The translations under genes and the position numbers were made by a program. The notes beneath the pieces are model-generated. The model was not told the DNA's origin, ran no database searches, and saw only the letters and a program-made list of their open reading frames with translations. A stretch of 64,000 bases of DNA from Podarcis melisellensis (taxonomy: Eukaryota): the NCBI GenBank assembly GCA_964234715.1, contig OZ174290.1; one strand, given 5' to 3'. This document shows, piece after piece, positions 12,132 to 26,500 of this stretch (position 1 is its first letter; each line of letters starts with the position of its first letter).

Positions 12132-14244
12132 TACAATGTCTGTTAAACCTCATACTACTTTGGCCGTTGTAGCCTGTGTGGTGACTCCTACAGCTAGCTT
12201 TGGGGCCTCTCTCTCCAACCGCTTGGCATTTTCAATATTGCCACCTGTACCACCAGCCACGCACAGTGACTTGTTCACAGATGGTGGTGTATGTGCAGGA
12301 AAGGGAGGTGGTCTAGGATAGCGCTTTTCTCTGCTCCAGTTTGCACTAGGTAGCTTTTGCTCTTTGCTAAAGGCAGACGAGAACATTGGCAGCCTGGGGG
12401 TGACTGGTACAAGAGGATAAGTATGCAAATACCCCATTGTCCTGTGTTTGGAAAGCATTGCCGCTTAACATAATTATTTGATAATAAACTCCATGGTAGA
12501 GAGATTTGGGTGTGTAAGGCTCAAATGCAAGCAAGCCCCAGGGCTTTACTGAGACTGCCTTGACACTGTGGACAACTGTACCTGGAAATTGCAGGCTTAC
12601 AGGAAGTTTGACAGTGTGAGCTGGGGCAGGCATAGGAAATAACAGCTTTGAAGTTGGTACCTTTTATTCAGAAAGACTCTGAGACTGTGCCTCTCACCCT
12701 CTTTGTCACTAAATGCACCCAACCCCCCCAGGGGAGAGCACCAAGGTTTTGGATGGGCTGCCTTCTCAGGAGGTTTACATTTGCCACTATTTAAAATGCA
12801 AGCTCCCCCTCTAGTCAGTGTTGGGCTCTTTCTCCACCACCACCCCTGACAATGAGGAGTAGAAGAGAGCTCTAAACTCTTAATTGCCCTCAAAAGAATC
12901 CTATTTGTGGAACTGGTACAGAGTCGGGATACGTCATTCCTTTTGAGAATTGAAAAGAACCCCAGTGCTTTTACAGGAGAGCTTCCACTAGAGCTTGCAA
13001 ACAGAAGCAGATGGCAAGGCCATGGCAGGGAGGCATGGTGACTGAGAGAGCAAGGGCACAGTGGTGATGCCACCTTGCCTGACTTGAATGCGCACAAGGA
13101 CCTTGGCACGTGGTCTCAGGCAGGGCGTAATGACAGCATGCTTGGAAGCAGTGTGCTGCGGTGTGATCCTGAGAGCTGCCCAACGCTGATGGAGGGTTTG
13201 TTATATAAGGTCACCAACAAAAGCGTCTAAGTTCAGAGCCTTGTCTCCAGCTGAGATTTATGTGCGTCTGCCAATAAAAATGGGCTCCAGATGTGAGTAA
13301 ACGGCTCAGAGCTCTTTGAATGGCTGCATTTTCCTCGCTTGATCTGGATTTAATTTGAGGCTGCAGAGCAGCAAAAGTGAAACTTCCAGTAGTCGCTTAA
13401 TACTATGGCAGAAAGGCAAAAGGCAGCAGCAAGAGGCTTACCCCAGTGGTGGTAAAATAAAACAAGCCACAAGACTCTCCCCCTCACAGTAAGGTTGCTG
13501 AAATTATTTGCCCTAAAACTCTCTTTAGCTTCTCCACCCCCAAAAGCTGCTGGGCCCTGCCACTTCCCACCCCAAATGTGTGGCAATTTTGTGTCCTGAT
13601 ATTCTTGGCCTGGGGAGTGCTTGATTTGGATTTAATGTGTTGGTTGTTCATCAGAGATGGCAGTCTTGACTTTTTATGCTCCAGCTTCCTCTGTGACTGT
13701 GACAGGCAAGCTGTGGCCCCGGGGTAATTTTGTAAGGCAATTTGGGCTTGGAGAAGAGTGTTCTGGGGCCAGAGAACTGGCGTCCCATGGCAGACTGGTT
13801 TTCTGAGACAATGGGTGATTATTGTGGGGTTGATGTCCACTACTGCCACCTATTGGCTGCTTGCACACACAATGGGATGGAAATGCTGCTTCTAGAAGCC
13901 TGAAAGACCAAGCCTTTACTGGCTTTCACAGGACAGTTTAAGGGGGAGCAAATTTCATGGAAGGCCTGATAACTTGCAGCACTCAAAATAATAGATCCTT
14001 TTACTTTTAAAGACATTGTAATTCTCTCCCTTCGATTCAAAATCCCCACAGTGGTTTACAGTAATGAACAAAAGCAGGGTAAAGTAATGAAAGGCAGTGT
14101 TCAACAAGTCTCACCAAAGGGTGTAGGGAATACAGAGGTTCAACGTGAAAAACAAAAAGGTCTTTGCCTGCTGCCTAATGACTGCCTCATAAAAAGCAGA
14201 TGATATTCACATCCCAATAATTAGGCATTTGTAACTCCTGGGCC

Positions 14245-14576
14245 GACGCAGGTGGCGCTGTGGGTTAAAGCCTCAGCGCCTAGGACTTGCCGATCAAAAG
14301 GTCGGTGGTTCGAATCCCTGCGGCGGGGTGCGCTCCCGCTGCTCAGTCCCAGCGCCTGCCAACCTAGCAGTTCTAAAGCACCTCCGGGTGCAAGTAGATA
14401 AATAGGGACCGCTTACCAGTGGGAAGGTAAACGGCGTTTCCGTGTGCGGCTCTGGCTCGCCAGATGCAGCTTTGTCACGCTGGCCACGTGACCCCTGGCC
14501 TCTTGAGTGAGATGGGCGCACAACCCCAGAGTCTGTCAAGACTGGCCCGTACGGGCAGGGGTACCTTTACCTTTAC
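14245..14576 (+). mobile_element. Sauria SINE with 12-bp TSD
   Basis: Highly similar to 200-561; (ACCTTT)n tail; TSD aactcctgggcc (14233-14244, 14577-14588). Confidence 0.92.
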
Positions 14577-16057
14577 AACTCCTGGGCCCAGACTTTCACC
14601 CCATTCTGGTAGGTTAAAAAAAAGGCAAGGATGGCACGGATCAAGCAAGCATATTATAAGCAGTACTCCTACAAGCATTTTGTCTATGTCTACAGGCCAA
14701 AGAAACTGAAATACATGCCTTAATACTAGATTTTACTCTGGACCAATCCACAAACTGTGGTGCTGAACTTGTGGAGTCCAGGTTGAATGGTTGCTGTTGG
14801 GCATCTTTTTCAGAATTGCAGTTGCTGTTTTAATAGGCTTCTATGGGCCTTTTGTGACCCTTGGGTGGCACTTGATTGAGCAGACACAGGGCATGGAAGT
14901 TCATCTGCATTGGCATTTCGGTCCCCTCTACTCCTCATTTACCTGATCAGTTCCCAGCTGATAGGGAGAGAAGAACCTGTGTCTGGGCATGTTGTTATAC
15001 AGTTGTCTGTGGTGGGAGAACTGTGAGCTTTCTGGGGAGAGAAGGGGGCGCTTCTGTGGAAAAGATGGAGCAAAGAATCAATGGGGCAGGTAAGTTCATA
15101 ATATGCCAAAGGGCTGTCTCCTTCCAACCTGGAGTCCTTTGTGCAGCTGACCTACTTCTGTTTGTATGGTTGCTGCTGTCATAGTCTCTGCATGTGTTAG
15201 ACAGTGGGATGTCTTGTCCAGTCCTGCTTGGGTTTCATGTTGCTTGAGCAGGAAATATCAGTAAAGCTGCCCGAGAACATTGCGGTTTCTTCTGCTGTTC
15301 CTTGCTGCCCATCTGGGATGGGCTTGATGGCTTCAAGGCCAGGTGACATGAAGGGCTTTTGCTTTCTCATTTGGAAACATCATTGAAGTGGAAGTGCCGG
15401 GGGGGACGGACAACTAAATTCTGCCACCCCTTTGTATTGGCATGGATTTGGTTTACGTTCTAGCAGGTAAATACAAGTTTCAAGGAATCCTGTTTGGATG
15501 TTACTCCCACTTGAAACTGATAAACAGGATGTTTTCATTGATTCCTCATTGTGCCAAGTGGGTGTTGCCTTCCGTGTAAAGAGATTGAAGTTGCCTCTAG
15601 TGTGCTGTATTTTCCCCCCCTCGTGCGCTTAACTCACCTCTGTTTTCCAGTGGTGCAGCAATAAAACTGCTTGCACATTTGCAAAGCTAAGCAGGGTCCA
15701 GCATGGTTTCAAATCAGATGGGGAACTGTGTGTTGAGATTCCTGCATTGCAGAGAATTGGACTAGATGACCCTTGGGGTCCTCTCCAGATCTCCAATTCT
15801 ATTATTCTGACACTTTAGCTTACTAAATAGCAGCAATCCGGAAGCAGAGTCGATCAGGTTTTTCCTTGAGTAGCGCAGGCTCTTAATCTAACAAATATTT
15901 CTGGATATACGGTAGTTTCTTCCTTGTGTCTGTCAGGCAGTGCAGTTCCATGGCCTTTTTTTGCCGTACAACATTGGAACACAAGCCTACAAGGTTGTAA
16001 GTGTATTGTAGAGTAGGTAAGAGCAGTCCCCCCTTTTCTTTCTTAGAGGGACAGTGG

Positions 16058-16489
16058 CAGTGTTAGAAACTGGGATAGAAAAGCACCAGGGTTATGGGCA
16101 CCAAAACAGAATGTCTAGTCGCCTCAGGGGGTGGGTTGGCAACACTTTTTATTATTTTGATAAACATGAATTAATACGCAATTCACATAAGTGACACATT
16201 GTTAATATCACATTTTTAGCAGAATTATTAATACATGTTTAATTTGGCGTTTGCAATAAAAATATTGGTACCATTCTTCAGTTTTCAGAAACTCTACTCT
16301 TTATTGTTAAACTCCTTAACATGCTTTCTGTCCTTAACATATACTTCAAGACATCAAAGCATATACATTTCAGTAATCCTTGAGTACCAGCCAGGTGCAA
16401 AAAATGGCACCCAGACTTTTTGAGGTGCTCGCAAATGGGGGATCTTTAGGTACAAAATGCACCTGGCGCCCTGCTAATTTTGAACCCTG
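16058..16489 (+). mobile_element. hAT MITE, family A copy 3
   Basis: Ends cagtgttagaaact / aattttgaaccctg; TSD gacagtgg / gacagtaa; shares ggttatgggc and caaaatgc(g/a)cct with copy 2. Confidence 0.72.
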
Positions 16490-18112
16490 GACAGTAATAT
16501 TCAGTTACAGAACCTTGAGCAATTTGGGAGCAAGCAGCACTACTCCACAAGTCAGTGAGGAGTGATCCTGTGCCTCTTGTGACATTTGGCTGGGCTGTTC
16601 AATGAGCCCCAAACCGGCACATGTCTGTAGCTTTCTTCTGCCTTTCAGACTGTATATGTTACAAACATGGGGAGCAGCAGAGCTATAGGGATGAGTGTTC
16701 TCACTCTGCAACTGTCACTGTTTAAGCAACCCTTCATGAGTTGGAGGGCACTTTCTGAAGTGAGGAGTCTGTTGGACTCATGTTGGTGCCCCCCCCATTT
16801 TAGAACCCTGATTTTTCCAGGGTTCTAGAATGCGCAGGGCACCTCCGTAAGCAGAGGAAGGCTCCCTGTTTTGCAAGGTCACCCTCCATGAATTGGGAGG
16901 CAAATGGAATAGTAATGGTAAGCTCACATTCTCATTCCAACAACTCCCCCTGTATGTTTACTGCATACACAGTCTTGGGGCTGGGACTACTCTTGTGTAT
17001 CACACTCCTGCAGGCATTATCCTTTCTCAGTGCAATATAGGAAGGTTTCATGTGCACGTTTAGCACCGTGGAATCTGCAAGCCCTCACTGGAGGAGCTGC
17101 TTCCAGGAAATTGGCACTTGCACGTCTCTTTTGGAAGTGAATGTGCTTTCAAGGGGAGAGGATTATTTTCATTAAAATTGTGTGGTGTCAACTTTGGAGC
17201 CAGGGTCTGTTCTACCCAGCGCTCTTTGTCCAAGTTGTGCTGGAATGGGAATGGCTGGCTGGCTTTCTAATTAGGAGACCTTTCCTGCCTAGCAAAGTTT
17301 CCAGTGACTATTAACATGAGGTCTGCAGAATGCTGGCTGCAGGTCTGAGCCAGAGGCATTTGCACCCCGTGGAATAAGCAGACAATACTGGAGTTAGTCT
17401 ACAGCCAGCAATTTTCTATGCTGGAGCAGCCTAAAGAATCCCTGGCTCGCTTTGCAAGTGCTTCAGAGTCTCTGTTCCAGCCTTCTGGGTGAAATGGCAT
17501 GGTGGTGGGAAAGATGTAGCGTCCCACTCCAGGGTGTCTGCACTGTGGCGTTATTGAAGGCGGACAAGCCCCATAGTTACACGCCATCCTGACCTACTTT
17601 GGGAATTTGTAGGTCAAAAGCCAAGGCATTTTAGCTTCTCTGACTTTTTGTTCCATAACGATAGAGGATCTTGGAACTTGGGAGCAATGCAAGATCAGCC
17701 AGAGCCAGCAGTCATGCAGTCCACAATATCGGGTACATTGGAGCACTTGTTTCTGGCTCAGATGAAATTGTTTGCTCTTGGAAGACAGCAGTGCTCTTAA
17801 ACACCCCGAATCCCTTTCTACCACAATGTCGTAATAATTCAAAACCAGAGTGGTGCAGATGCAGGAGATGAAACAGGTGGTGTACCTAGACAAGTGTGTG
17901 AGAAGTTCCACCAGGGCTGCTCCTCACAGCTCTTTGGCTGTTACTCATAGCATCTTTTCAACATAAGCAGTAGACCTCTCTTTGTCTCTTGCTTCAGCAA
18001 ACTTGAGAATTGCAAGATGAGGAGCAGGGGCCTGAGAGGTGGCACACTGGCAGTTGGAGGGTAGGGACAAGCCTCTTTTGGCTTGGATTTTAGCCCCCTT
18101 CTCCCTCTAATC

Positions 18113-18620
18113 CAGGGGTAGGCAACCTAAGGCCCAGGGACTGAATCCGGCCCAATCGCCTTCTCAATCCGGCCCACGAATGGTCTGGGAATCAGCGTGT
18201 TTTTTCATGAGTAGAATGTGTGCTTTTATTGAAAATGCATCTCTGGGTTATTTGTGGGGCATAATAATTCATTCATCCCCCCCAAAAAAAATAGTCTGGC
18301 CCACCACATGGTCTGAGGGACAGTGGGCCGGCCCAATGCTGAAAAAGGTTGCTGACCCCTGCTCTAATCTATGGGTAGGCAAACTAAAGCCCATGGACTA
18401 GATCTGGCCCAATCGCCTTCTAAATCCGGCCCTCAGACGGTCCGGGAATCAGTGTGTATTTACATGAGTAGAATGTGTCCTTTTATTTAAAATGCATCTC
18501 TGGGTTATTTGTGGGGCATAGGAATTTGTTCATTTTCCCCCTTCAAAATATAGTCTGGCCCCCCACAAGGTCTGAGGGACAGTGGACTGGCCCCCTACTG
18601 AAAAAGTTTGCTGACCCCTG
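18113..18620 (+). mobile_element. Two tandem ~250-bp hAT MITEs (18113-18361 and 18370-18620)
   Basis: Each runs caggggtaggcaacct/tatgggtaggcaaact ... gctgacccctg. The first copy is flanked by a perfect 8-bp TSD, ctctaatc. Confidence 0.85.
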
Positions 18621-20986
18621 TCTCACCCCTGCAGAGGGGAGAGCACCACCAGCTGGGCTCCCATAAATTCATTGCTGAGCAGTGCAGAGGAATGTTCAAC
18701 TATAAAACAGCACCACTTTTGAATTAGCATTACTTGCACTTGCTGCCAGTAGAGCTTTGAACTCTGTTTCAGAATTATGCCCTTAACTTCTCCCCAGCAG
18801 TGTGTTGGGTAGTTCTCCCAACCTTGCTTCTCAAGCATTGGTTTCTCAAATTGCGAGGTTGAAGTTTGGACAGAAAGAAAGGGGAAGGCAGCTTGGATTT
18901 TGAAGCACTTCTAATTGATGGCAGCATGAGTGCTGGGAGGTGGCATAGTTCCTGCAGATGCTACACGCTTTGTTAACGTCGCATAATGGGATTGTTAATT
19001 TCCCTGGGCTTTTGTTTTGGAGTTTCACTACTGAAGGGATTCTGTTTATAGATTAGTTTGACACTTAATTGTGGCCACAGTCCAGTGGACTGAGCAGAAT
19101 CTGGGTCAACCTGTGCATGAACTTGAGGCATCTTTGGAGTATATGGGGCTGACTACCCTGAGCTTACTCAGCTGCAGTTGGTGGAGAATGTACACCCCAT
19201 TGGTCAACACCCCCAGCCAAAACCTTGAATTGAGAAGCTCCTTCGGGGTTGAGTTGATAACACCTATGGCTTCCACTGAAAGTAAATGGGTAATACCGAT
19301 TGAAGTATCAGGAGCCTCAGAGGGAGGTTTGCCAAGGGGTATACACTTCATAATTATCCAGGAAAACTCACTTGGTTTGACGTGGTCTCTTTGCCAATGC
19401 TTACTGTACACACATGGCTGGTGCTGGTGGAGAAATTAGCTCTTTTTGATCAGCCTACCAATATTCTATACCACATGTTGGAACATATCCACAGCTACAT
19501 GTGCTTTGGACAAAGTAGGCCAGCTGGCTGGAAGGTAAGGGGTCTTTGCTCACCTGAAAAGAGCACTGAAAAGGGAAAGAGGAGGAGAGAGATGCATCAG
19601 TGACCTATGATTCTGCATTTCAGGGAAGGGTGGGGTAGTGGTGAAGATTTGACTGGAAAAACATTTCGCTGGCTGAGCCGCAAGACAAGAGAGCTGCTGT
19701 GCTCAGTCTACTTCCCTACCCGTGAAAAGGCTTTGCTACGACATTTGTGCCAGGAAGGCAACAGTGACTTGGGTTTCACGTGGAATTGGACATCTCCATG
19801 GGGACGGGTAAACAGGCAGCTTCAAACACTGTGGAGCATGCCTCAGTGAGGACATTTGTCAGTGTGGAATGAGACACTTGCTGTTCCAGGCAGAGCACTA
19901 GAGGAAGCAGTAATGAATGGGCTGGGTAGAGGACAGCAGCAGATTCCTCTAGGCAGGTGTCACTGACTAGCACTAACCACTAGTAAGCAGGCAATAGTCC
20001 TGTGTGCGCTGTTTGCATGTATGCTGGCACAATTCGAGTGTATAGAAGACATTCCATGCTATGAAAAATAAGTGCACGTAACATGAATAGAGTGGCCTAG
20101 ATCTAGGAAATCTTGAATTTATCAGGGCCTAGACAGGATTCCCTTTGATTACATATGTCATACTAATAAAATGGAAATATACATGTTGGGCTGCTAGCAA
20201 TCTGGACTCTGTTTTCTAACTATTCCACACTGTGATGGTGATGCTTTAATATTCAAAGGACGCTGAATTGGAGTTCTTTCTCTCTTTTTTAAAACTGCTT
20301 TGGAGATCTGGTGCTTTAGGCTTGCTTGTGCGGGTATCGCATTAAAGGGCTACAACCAGGAGACTAGTCCTGGTTAGAATTATTCATGTATCCTGGAATT
20401 TAAGATGTTAAAAAATGGGTGCTAGGTGACCTGCGTTTTTACAACTGGAAAGTGGCCCCATGAGATGCAACTAATTTCTGGTCTACATCTCTAGTAAATG
20501 GAATATTTTGGATGTTTATAGTTTAAAACGATCTACTCCTCTGGGGAGAGAGAAGCTTTACTGGGATTGCTTATGTTTCTCTACATTTGTAGTAAACTTC
20601 AAAGTGCTTGGAACTGTCTGTAAAACCTGTTTCCTTTTCACCTCTGCACATAAGGGGCAAGGCTGCTTGATGTGAGATGTTGCAGACATTCTGTGGAACA
20701 ACTTTCTTGACCCAATAATTAGGACATAGGTGTGTGTGGTGGTGGAGAGGGGTGCCATAGTGTAATGCAGAGCATGTGGGAATGTTACAGGTTCAACCTT
20801 TGGCACTTGCATCTTAGGTGTCGAGACTGGGAAAGACCTGGGCAGCAGAAATGGAGGGTGATGGGCTAGATGGACCAGTAGCCTGACTTAGGTAGTTTTG
20901 TGCAAATCCCCAATAGTGACTGTGCCTTGATTGGTGCGATAACATCTTTCTTGTGAACAGTTTGGAAACTGACACTTTTGCTATAA

Positions 20987-21178
<192 letters not shown>

Positions 21179-23434
21179 TGAATGCTGTGTGTTGGTGTCC
21201 ACTCTGAGGATTCACTTGTTAGTGTTCTTGAGGTTTGGGAGTAAAGACCCACTAGGGTGGGACATGGGAAACCTCCAAATTTAGCTGTTCAACAGGCATT
21301 AACAGAGGTAGGCAGCTTTTGCAGTGACTGCTGCTGGAATGAGGCCTCTTAGCTTCTTGAGAGAAGCAGCTTTCTGTCAACTGAATGCACATAATAATGC
21401 CAAAGATGAACCATTCCAGAATCTACACAACCATCTTTCTGCACCGCCAAGGCCTGTCAGCAGCCTATTCATATCCGCTGTTTCTCAAGGAGTAGAATTT
21501 TTGCATGTGATTCTTTCATGTGGCTTTTGACTGAAAAGTGACTGAAACAAAAGACAGCACAGGCTGCCTGATGACCTCCAATTTTGACATGGGATGTCCA
21601 GTTTCTAGACTGTTAAGAGCAGGGTCCAGGTGTGTCCCTCTTGGCTTCCACCCACCAAATTGTTTTGAGACACATTGAAAAACCACTCTGTCCATAAGAA
21701 ATGCCCCCCCCCCCGTCTATGGAAGTGGGGTGATCTGGAGGAAATTTCTTGAGCCTCAGTGGTTCCTCCAAACCCCTCAAAAGCAAAAAGGGCTGCTTAT
21801 AGTCACAGTTCAGTGCCCAAATTTTATTTTCTACTAGAAATGTCCCTTCCTTCCTTCCTTCCTTCCTTCCAGCAATTTACAAGCAAAAGACTGAAAGATA
21901 CAAGGCTAAAGCCCTTATCCACTCTGCTCATCGAAGGCGGTGGTGGCGGGGGATCAGATCTCTAGGCTGGCTAATGTTCAGGCTCCATAATTCACTACAT
22001 GGGTCCATTTGGACAGGGACCCCTTTGAGTATGAAAGGGTGCTGTTAGAAAGACTGGCCTGGTACTCCTGTCATGGGGTGAAAATTCCATGGGACATACT
22101 CATTTGACCTCATCCATGCACACACTGCTCCCTGTTACAAGCTTTTTAAACTTTTACACTTCTGTTTTGCTCTGAGTCTACAGAAGAGTGTCTCCCACTG
22201 TGCTAGTTTGACATTTAAAGGGCACTTCAGTGAAACCATCCCTTTTGCTCCCCTACCCCCTGTCCTATTCCCCGTGTCCTATTGAGTAATGAGAACCTTA
22301 GCAGTTTGCTCTGGGAAAACCTGCTTACTGTGCTCTGTGTTGCCATTGTCAGTTGCAGCAAGAATCTGTTTAGCCCCAGTTCTGCACCTCACTTCTTCTT
22401 CATCATCTTCATTGGTACCAATGCAGATACAGTATTTGGGGAACTGCAATGGGAAAACAAGGCAGAGAACCATTACTGTTCTCTTGCCTTGATTTTTTTG
22501 CTTCCAACCTTCCAGCCCACTTCTCTCCACAATTCACTGTGCCCTGCATGGTGAGGATATGGAGTCCCAGAACCTTGGCCTTCAGGGAACTTGTGGCTGA
22601 CCAGCCTCTTTTCCAGGAGTTTCCCTGCTACATCTCCAGCGGTCTGAATGAGATGGTAGACAGTGGCTTTGTTAGCCTATCTACATCATTTACCCAAGGA
22701 ACCAAGGTTATTTGGCACAACAAGAAGGTTTTAATTGGGTGCATATTTTGCCTGAGACCTGTCAGATATCTGGTCTGGATTAAACAGAATGGAAGGGCCT
22801 CCAGAGTAAACAGCCAAGCTAGTTACCTCTGCTGTTGAGATGCTTGAATTGCTTGTGGGATGTTCTTTGCCCTTGCAAAGAGACACTGCTGCCTTTGCTG
22901 ACAAGTCTGTATCTACTTGAGTGTTTTAAGTTATGAGGTCAACGATGGAGCTTAGCTCCACCTCTGAAAATGCTTTAGAGGATCACACCTGAATGCTTTT
23001 GAGAAAGCAGGGTGTATGGGCTGGTCCTTTTTGCTGGCTGAAACATCCATCAGGTCATTCAGATTAAATGCCTTTATATAATTTGAATTAAAATAACAGA
23101 CCCATCCTTATAGGCTTCAGTTACCATATTTGCAAGTTTTTGTTAAGAGGCATTAATTACCCAAAGGCATTCTTAGCATGGCTTGTGGAAGTACCTTTAG
23201 AGTAATATTGGGCCCTCAGAATGGGAAGTGCAGGCTTTTTCAGCTTGGAAAAGGCATCTTGAAAACTCACTTCCAGCATTTTAGCCTGAAGTTTAGCCTG
23301 TCTTGCTTGCTTGAAGTTTGGGTCCTTAACAGACCTTGTGCACTTGAGTGCAGCCGCTGGGTGGGTGCTTCTAATTTGTTGAGTGTGGCTCAGTGTATTT
23401 AAGATGCAAGTCACAAAAAGTAAGGTCCAATTAG

Positions 23435-23581
<147 letters not shown>

Positions 23582-26500
23582 TAATCAGATAATGTACTTA
23601 GTCAACTACAGTAAACTTAAAATAGCTGCCCCTCCTCTCCGCTTTCAGCTGAGTGATGCCCTTCAGGTCTTGGAACTTTCCATTGATCAACGTATTTGGT
23701 GGGAGGACTTGCAAGCTGCAGTGAACTGGCTTTGCTGCCTTCCTTGGGAGGAATAACATTTAAAAAATGAGGGTGCCTTTCATAACTAGAGGCCTGAAAT
23801 GTGCAACCTTGGGAAAAGTTTTGCCAGCTTAAAATTCATTTTCAAAACTGGTGGGTGCATTTGAGCAGAGCAAAGCTGTTCTGAGTTGGCTTCTCCTGTG
23901 GGAAAGATGGAGCTAATGATCCACAGCAGCTTCTGTGAAAATTAAAAGGGGGGTTAGTTTGATAAACAGTCACTAGTAAATGGTCCCAATGCATTTCTGG
24001 CTGGAAAATTGCATTTTCCAGTGCATAAAACTCAATAACATCTTGGGCAGGCTTGCTAAATCTCCAAAGCTCTCTTGTGTACCTTCTGTGGCTTTCTATT
24101 GTGGATTCTGGCTAGCAGCATACATACATAAACAAACATGCACAATACATCCACATTCTCAGGGCTTTCGTGCCACCTGAAAACACTTTGCCCCCCTTAT
24201 GGTTTGGGGGTGACGTGTTTTACAAAAATGGTTTGGGTGAATTCTCATTCTACAAATCTCAGCTCTCTCCCATGACTCAGTAACAAGGGTAGGGAAGCTG
24301 TGGTCCTTCAGATGTTGAGTTTCAACTCCTGCCAGCCTCAGCCATCATGACAAGTGCCTTAGGGAAGGTCACAGTGAGGTTCTCCATCCCTTCTCTGCAG
24401 AATTAACCTCTGTGGGGCAGATGAGGCAGCATCTGATTTCCAGTGGGGCAGAGCCAGCCATTTCACATTCTCCAGCTGGTTAAGGGTTTTTTGTTATTTT
24501 TTAAACTATTGATGGTATATGATATGTCATTGAAAACTGCACAACTGAGGACTGTTGCTCTGCATTTTTCAAGAGTAGCTACTTGCGACTGTTCAAAATG
24601 CTCTGGACAAGCACTTTTCAGTCGGAAGAGAAAGACAGGCCACCAGTCTAAGTGTGCCACTGCAGAACAGGACCATTCTTTTGCACTCAGACCATACACA
24701 CACACACGTCTGACAGAGATTAGCCCCTGCAAAGCAGACCGCAGAGAGCAAGAGCACCTTCAAAGATGGCTCAAGCAAGCGGGCCAAGTCACAAGGGTAG
24801 AGTGGAAGTCATCATTTTAAAGGAAGCCATAGGCACTTCCGGTGAAGGTTTTAGTTTTTATTTCTTTTACTTGGTGATATTTTGTTCTTTTATGTAAACT
24901 GCTTTGGGGGCCCTTGCTAGAAATGGAAAGTGGTATGAAATGTTTTATAATGACATAACTGAAGAAACACTGCTGCATATGGAGCAACTGCTTTCAGCAT
25001 TTTTAAAGACAGAGTAATGTAAAGAGTTTGCCCATGGAAAGCTGACTTTATAGCTGGCCAGACCACTTGCCCACCTAGCACAGCGTTGTCTGTGGGGACT
25101 GACATCAGCTGTCTGACAAGAAGGAGGGGGTCAGGGAGAACTGTTTCAATCAATAATCAAGAACATTTTGACGAGATCTTGCCTTTTGGACTCTCCATGG
25201 AAGACCGCATGGCCTGTGGTTGCCTTGTTCTCCCTTTTGGTTGGGAGATGAGCTGTCCAGTGGAGGGAACACAGAAGCATGAGCTCTCTGCTGGATACAC
25301 CTGGGGAGGTTTGACTGGTCAGAAGCAAATTGTCTTCAGTATCTCTCCTCTTCAGGGAGCTCCAGCTTCTGTCGCTTGCATATCTAGCCTGAGCCGAGCA
25401 GCTTTCCCTCCAGCAAGTCGCCCTGTGTGAGTTTGATCAGGCTTCTTCTGATGGTTACTAAAATAACCTTGTTACGTGCAGAGTGGATGGAAATCTCCCC
25501 ATTGCTTTTGGAAGCCCTTCATGCTGCAGTAAATTCAGCTCGTTTGGAGCAGCTGATTTGCTGCACGCCGTCCAACCCCCGTGGCCTTGCTTGCTAGCTG
25601 AGAGCTGGCAAGCCTAATTGTGGAACCCGCTTCTGTCATCTGGCCTGTGCATCTTGTTTACCTCCATCATTCCCCAGCTGTCTTCAGCCGCCACTCAAGA
25701 TCTACTTTAGCCCTAAACCCCTCATCTGCTGGGAGAGTGAAACCAGAACTTCCTCTGTGTTTCCTAGTGAAAAGCTTCTCAGGAGCTCCAGAGAGGAGGA
25801 GGAGGAGGAGAGAGATTTGTTGAAGGAAGCAGAGGCCCAGTGTTTCTCTCCCTTCCTTGATAACTTCCACCCCAAGAAGAGTCTCTTCTAGCTGCTGGCT
25901 TGTTTCTGTGCTGAAACAAGACAGTTTCAGGCAGCTCCCTTAGCTGGCCACATGGCTTCCATTCAGGGTCTCTTTCTCTGTATGGGCGACTTGTTCCATT
26001 GGAGTAACTGGCTGCACTGTGAGCAGCTCCCAGAGCGGCTTCCCTGACTGCAGCTGTGTTAATAACGCCCTGTCGCTTGTTTACACTGCAGCTACTGTAA
26101 AAAGGAACCTGACATTTAGGGGGAGGGGGAGGAGACAGCTTAATGTTTAAAGTGACTTTTTAATTTCCGTTGGTAATCTGGCCAAAGCTTGCGGGTAAGG
26201 AGCTGGAGCACTTGCAGCCCTGACGTGATCCAGAGCGCTGAGCTATCCTTTCCACCGCCAGCCCAAGCAGATCATTGTCACTGTTGGCTTCAGAGCGGCC
26301 TGCGCGTTGCCTGGAAAAACAGCAGCAGGAGCTCTGCTGAGCAGAGCTGCTTCCAGGCAGTTGAACGCTGCTGGGCCTTTGTGGTGTAATGGCAAGGGGC
26401 TTTCGATTCCTCCTTCCCTTCTTGGCTGGGCCACCCATATAGCGTCATAGTGGGACTTGCAACCTGCCCCTTAGGTAAAACATAGGTGCAAATGTCAGTC

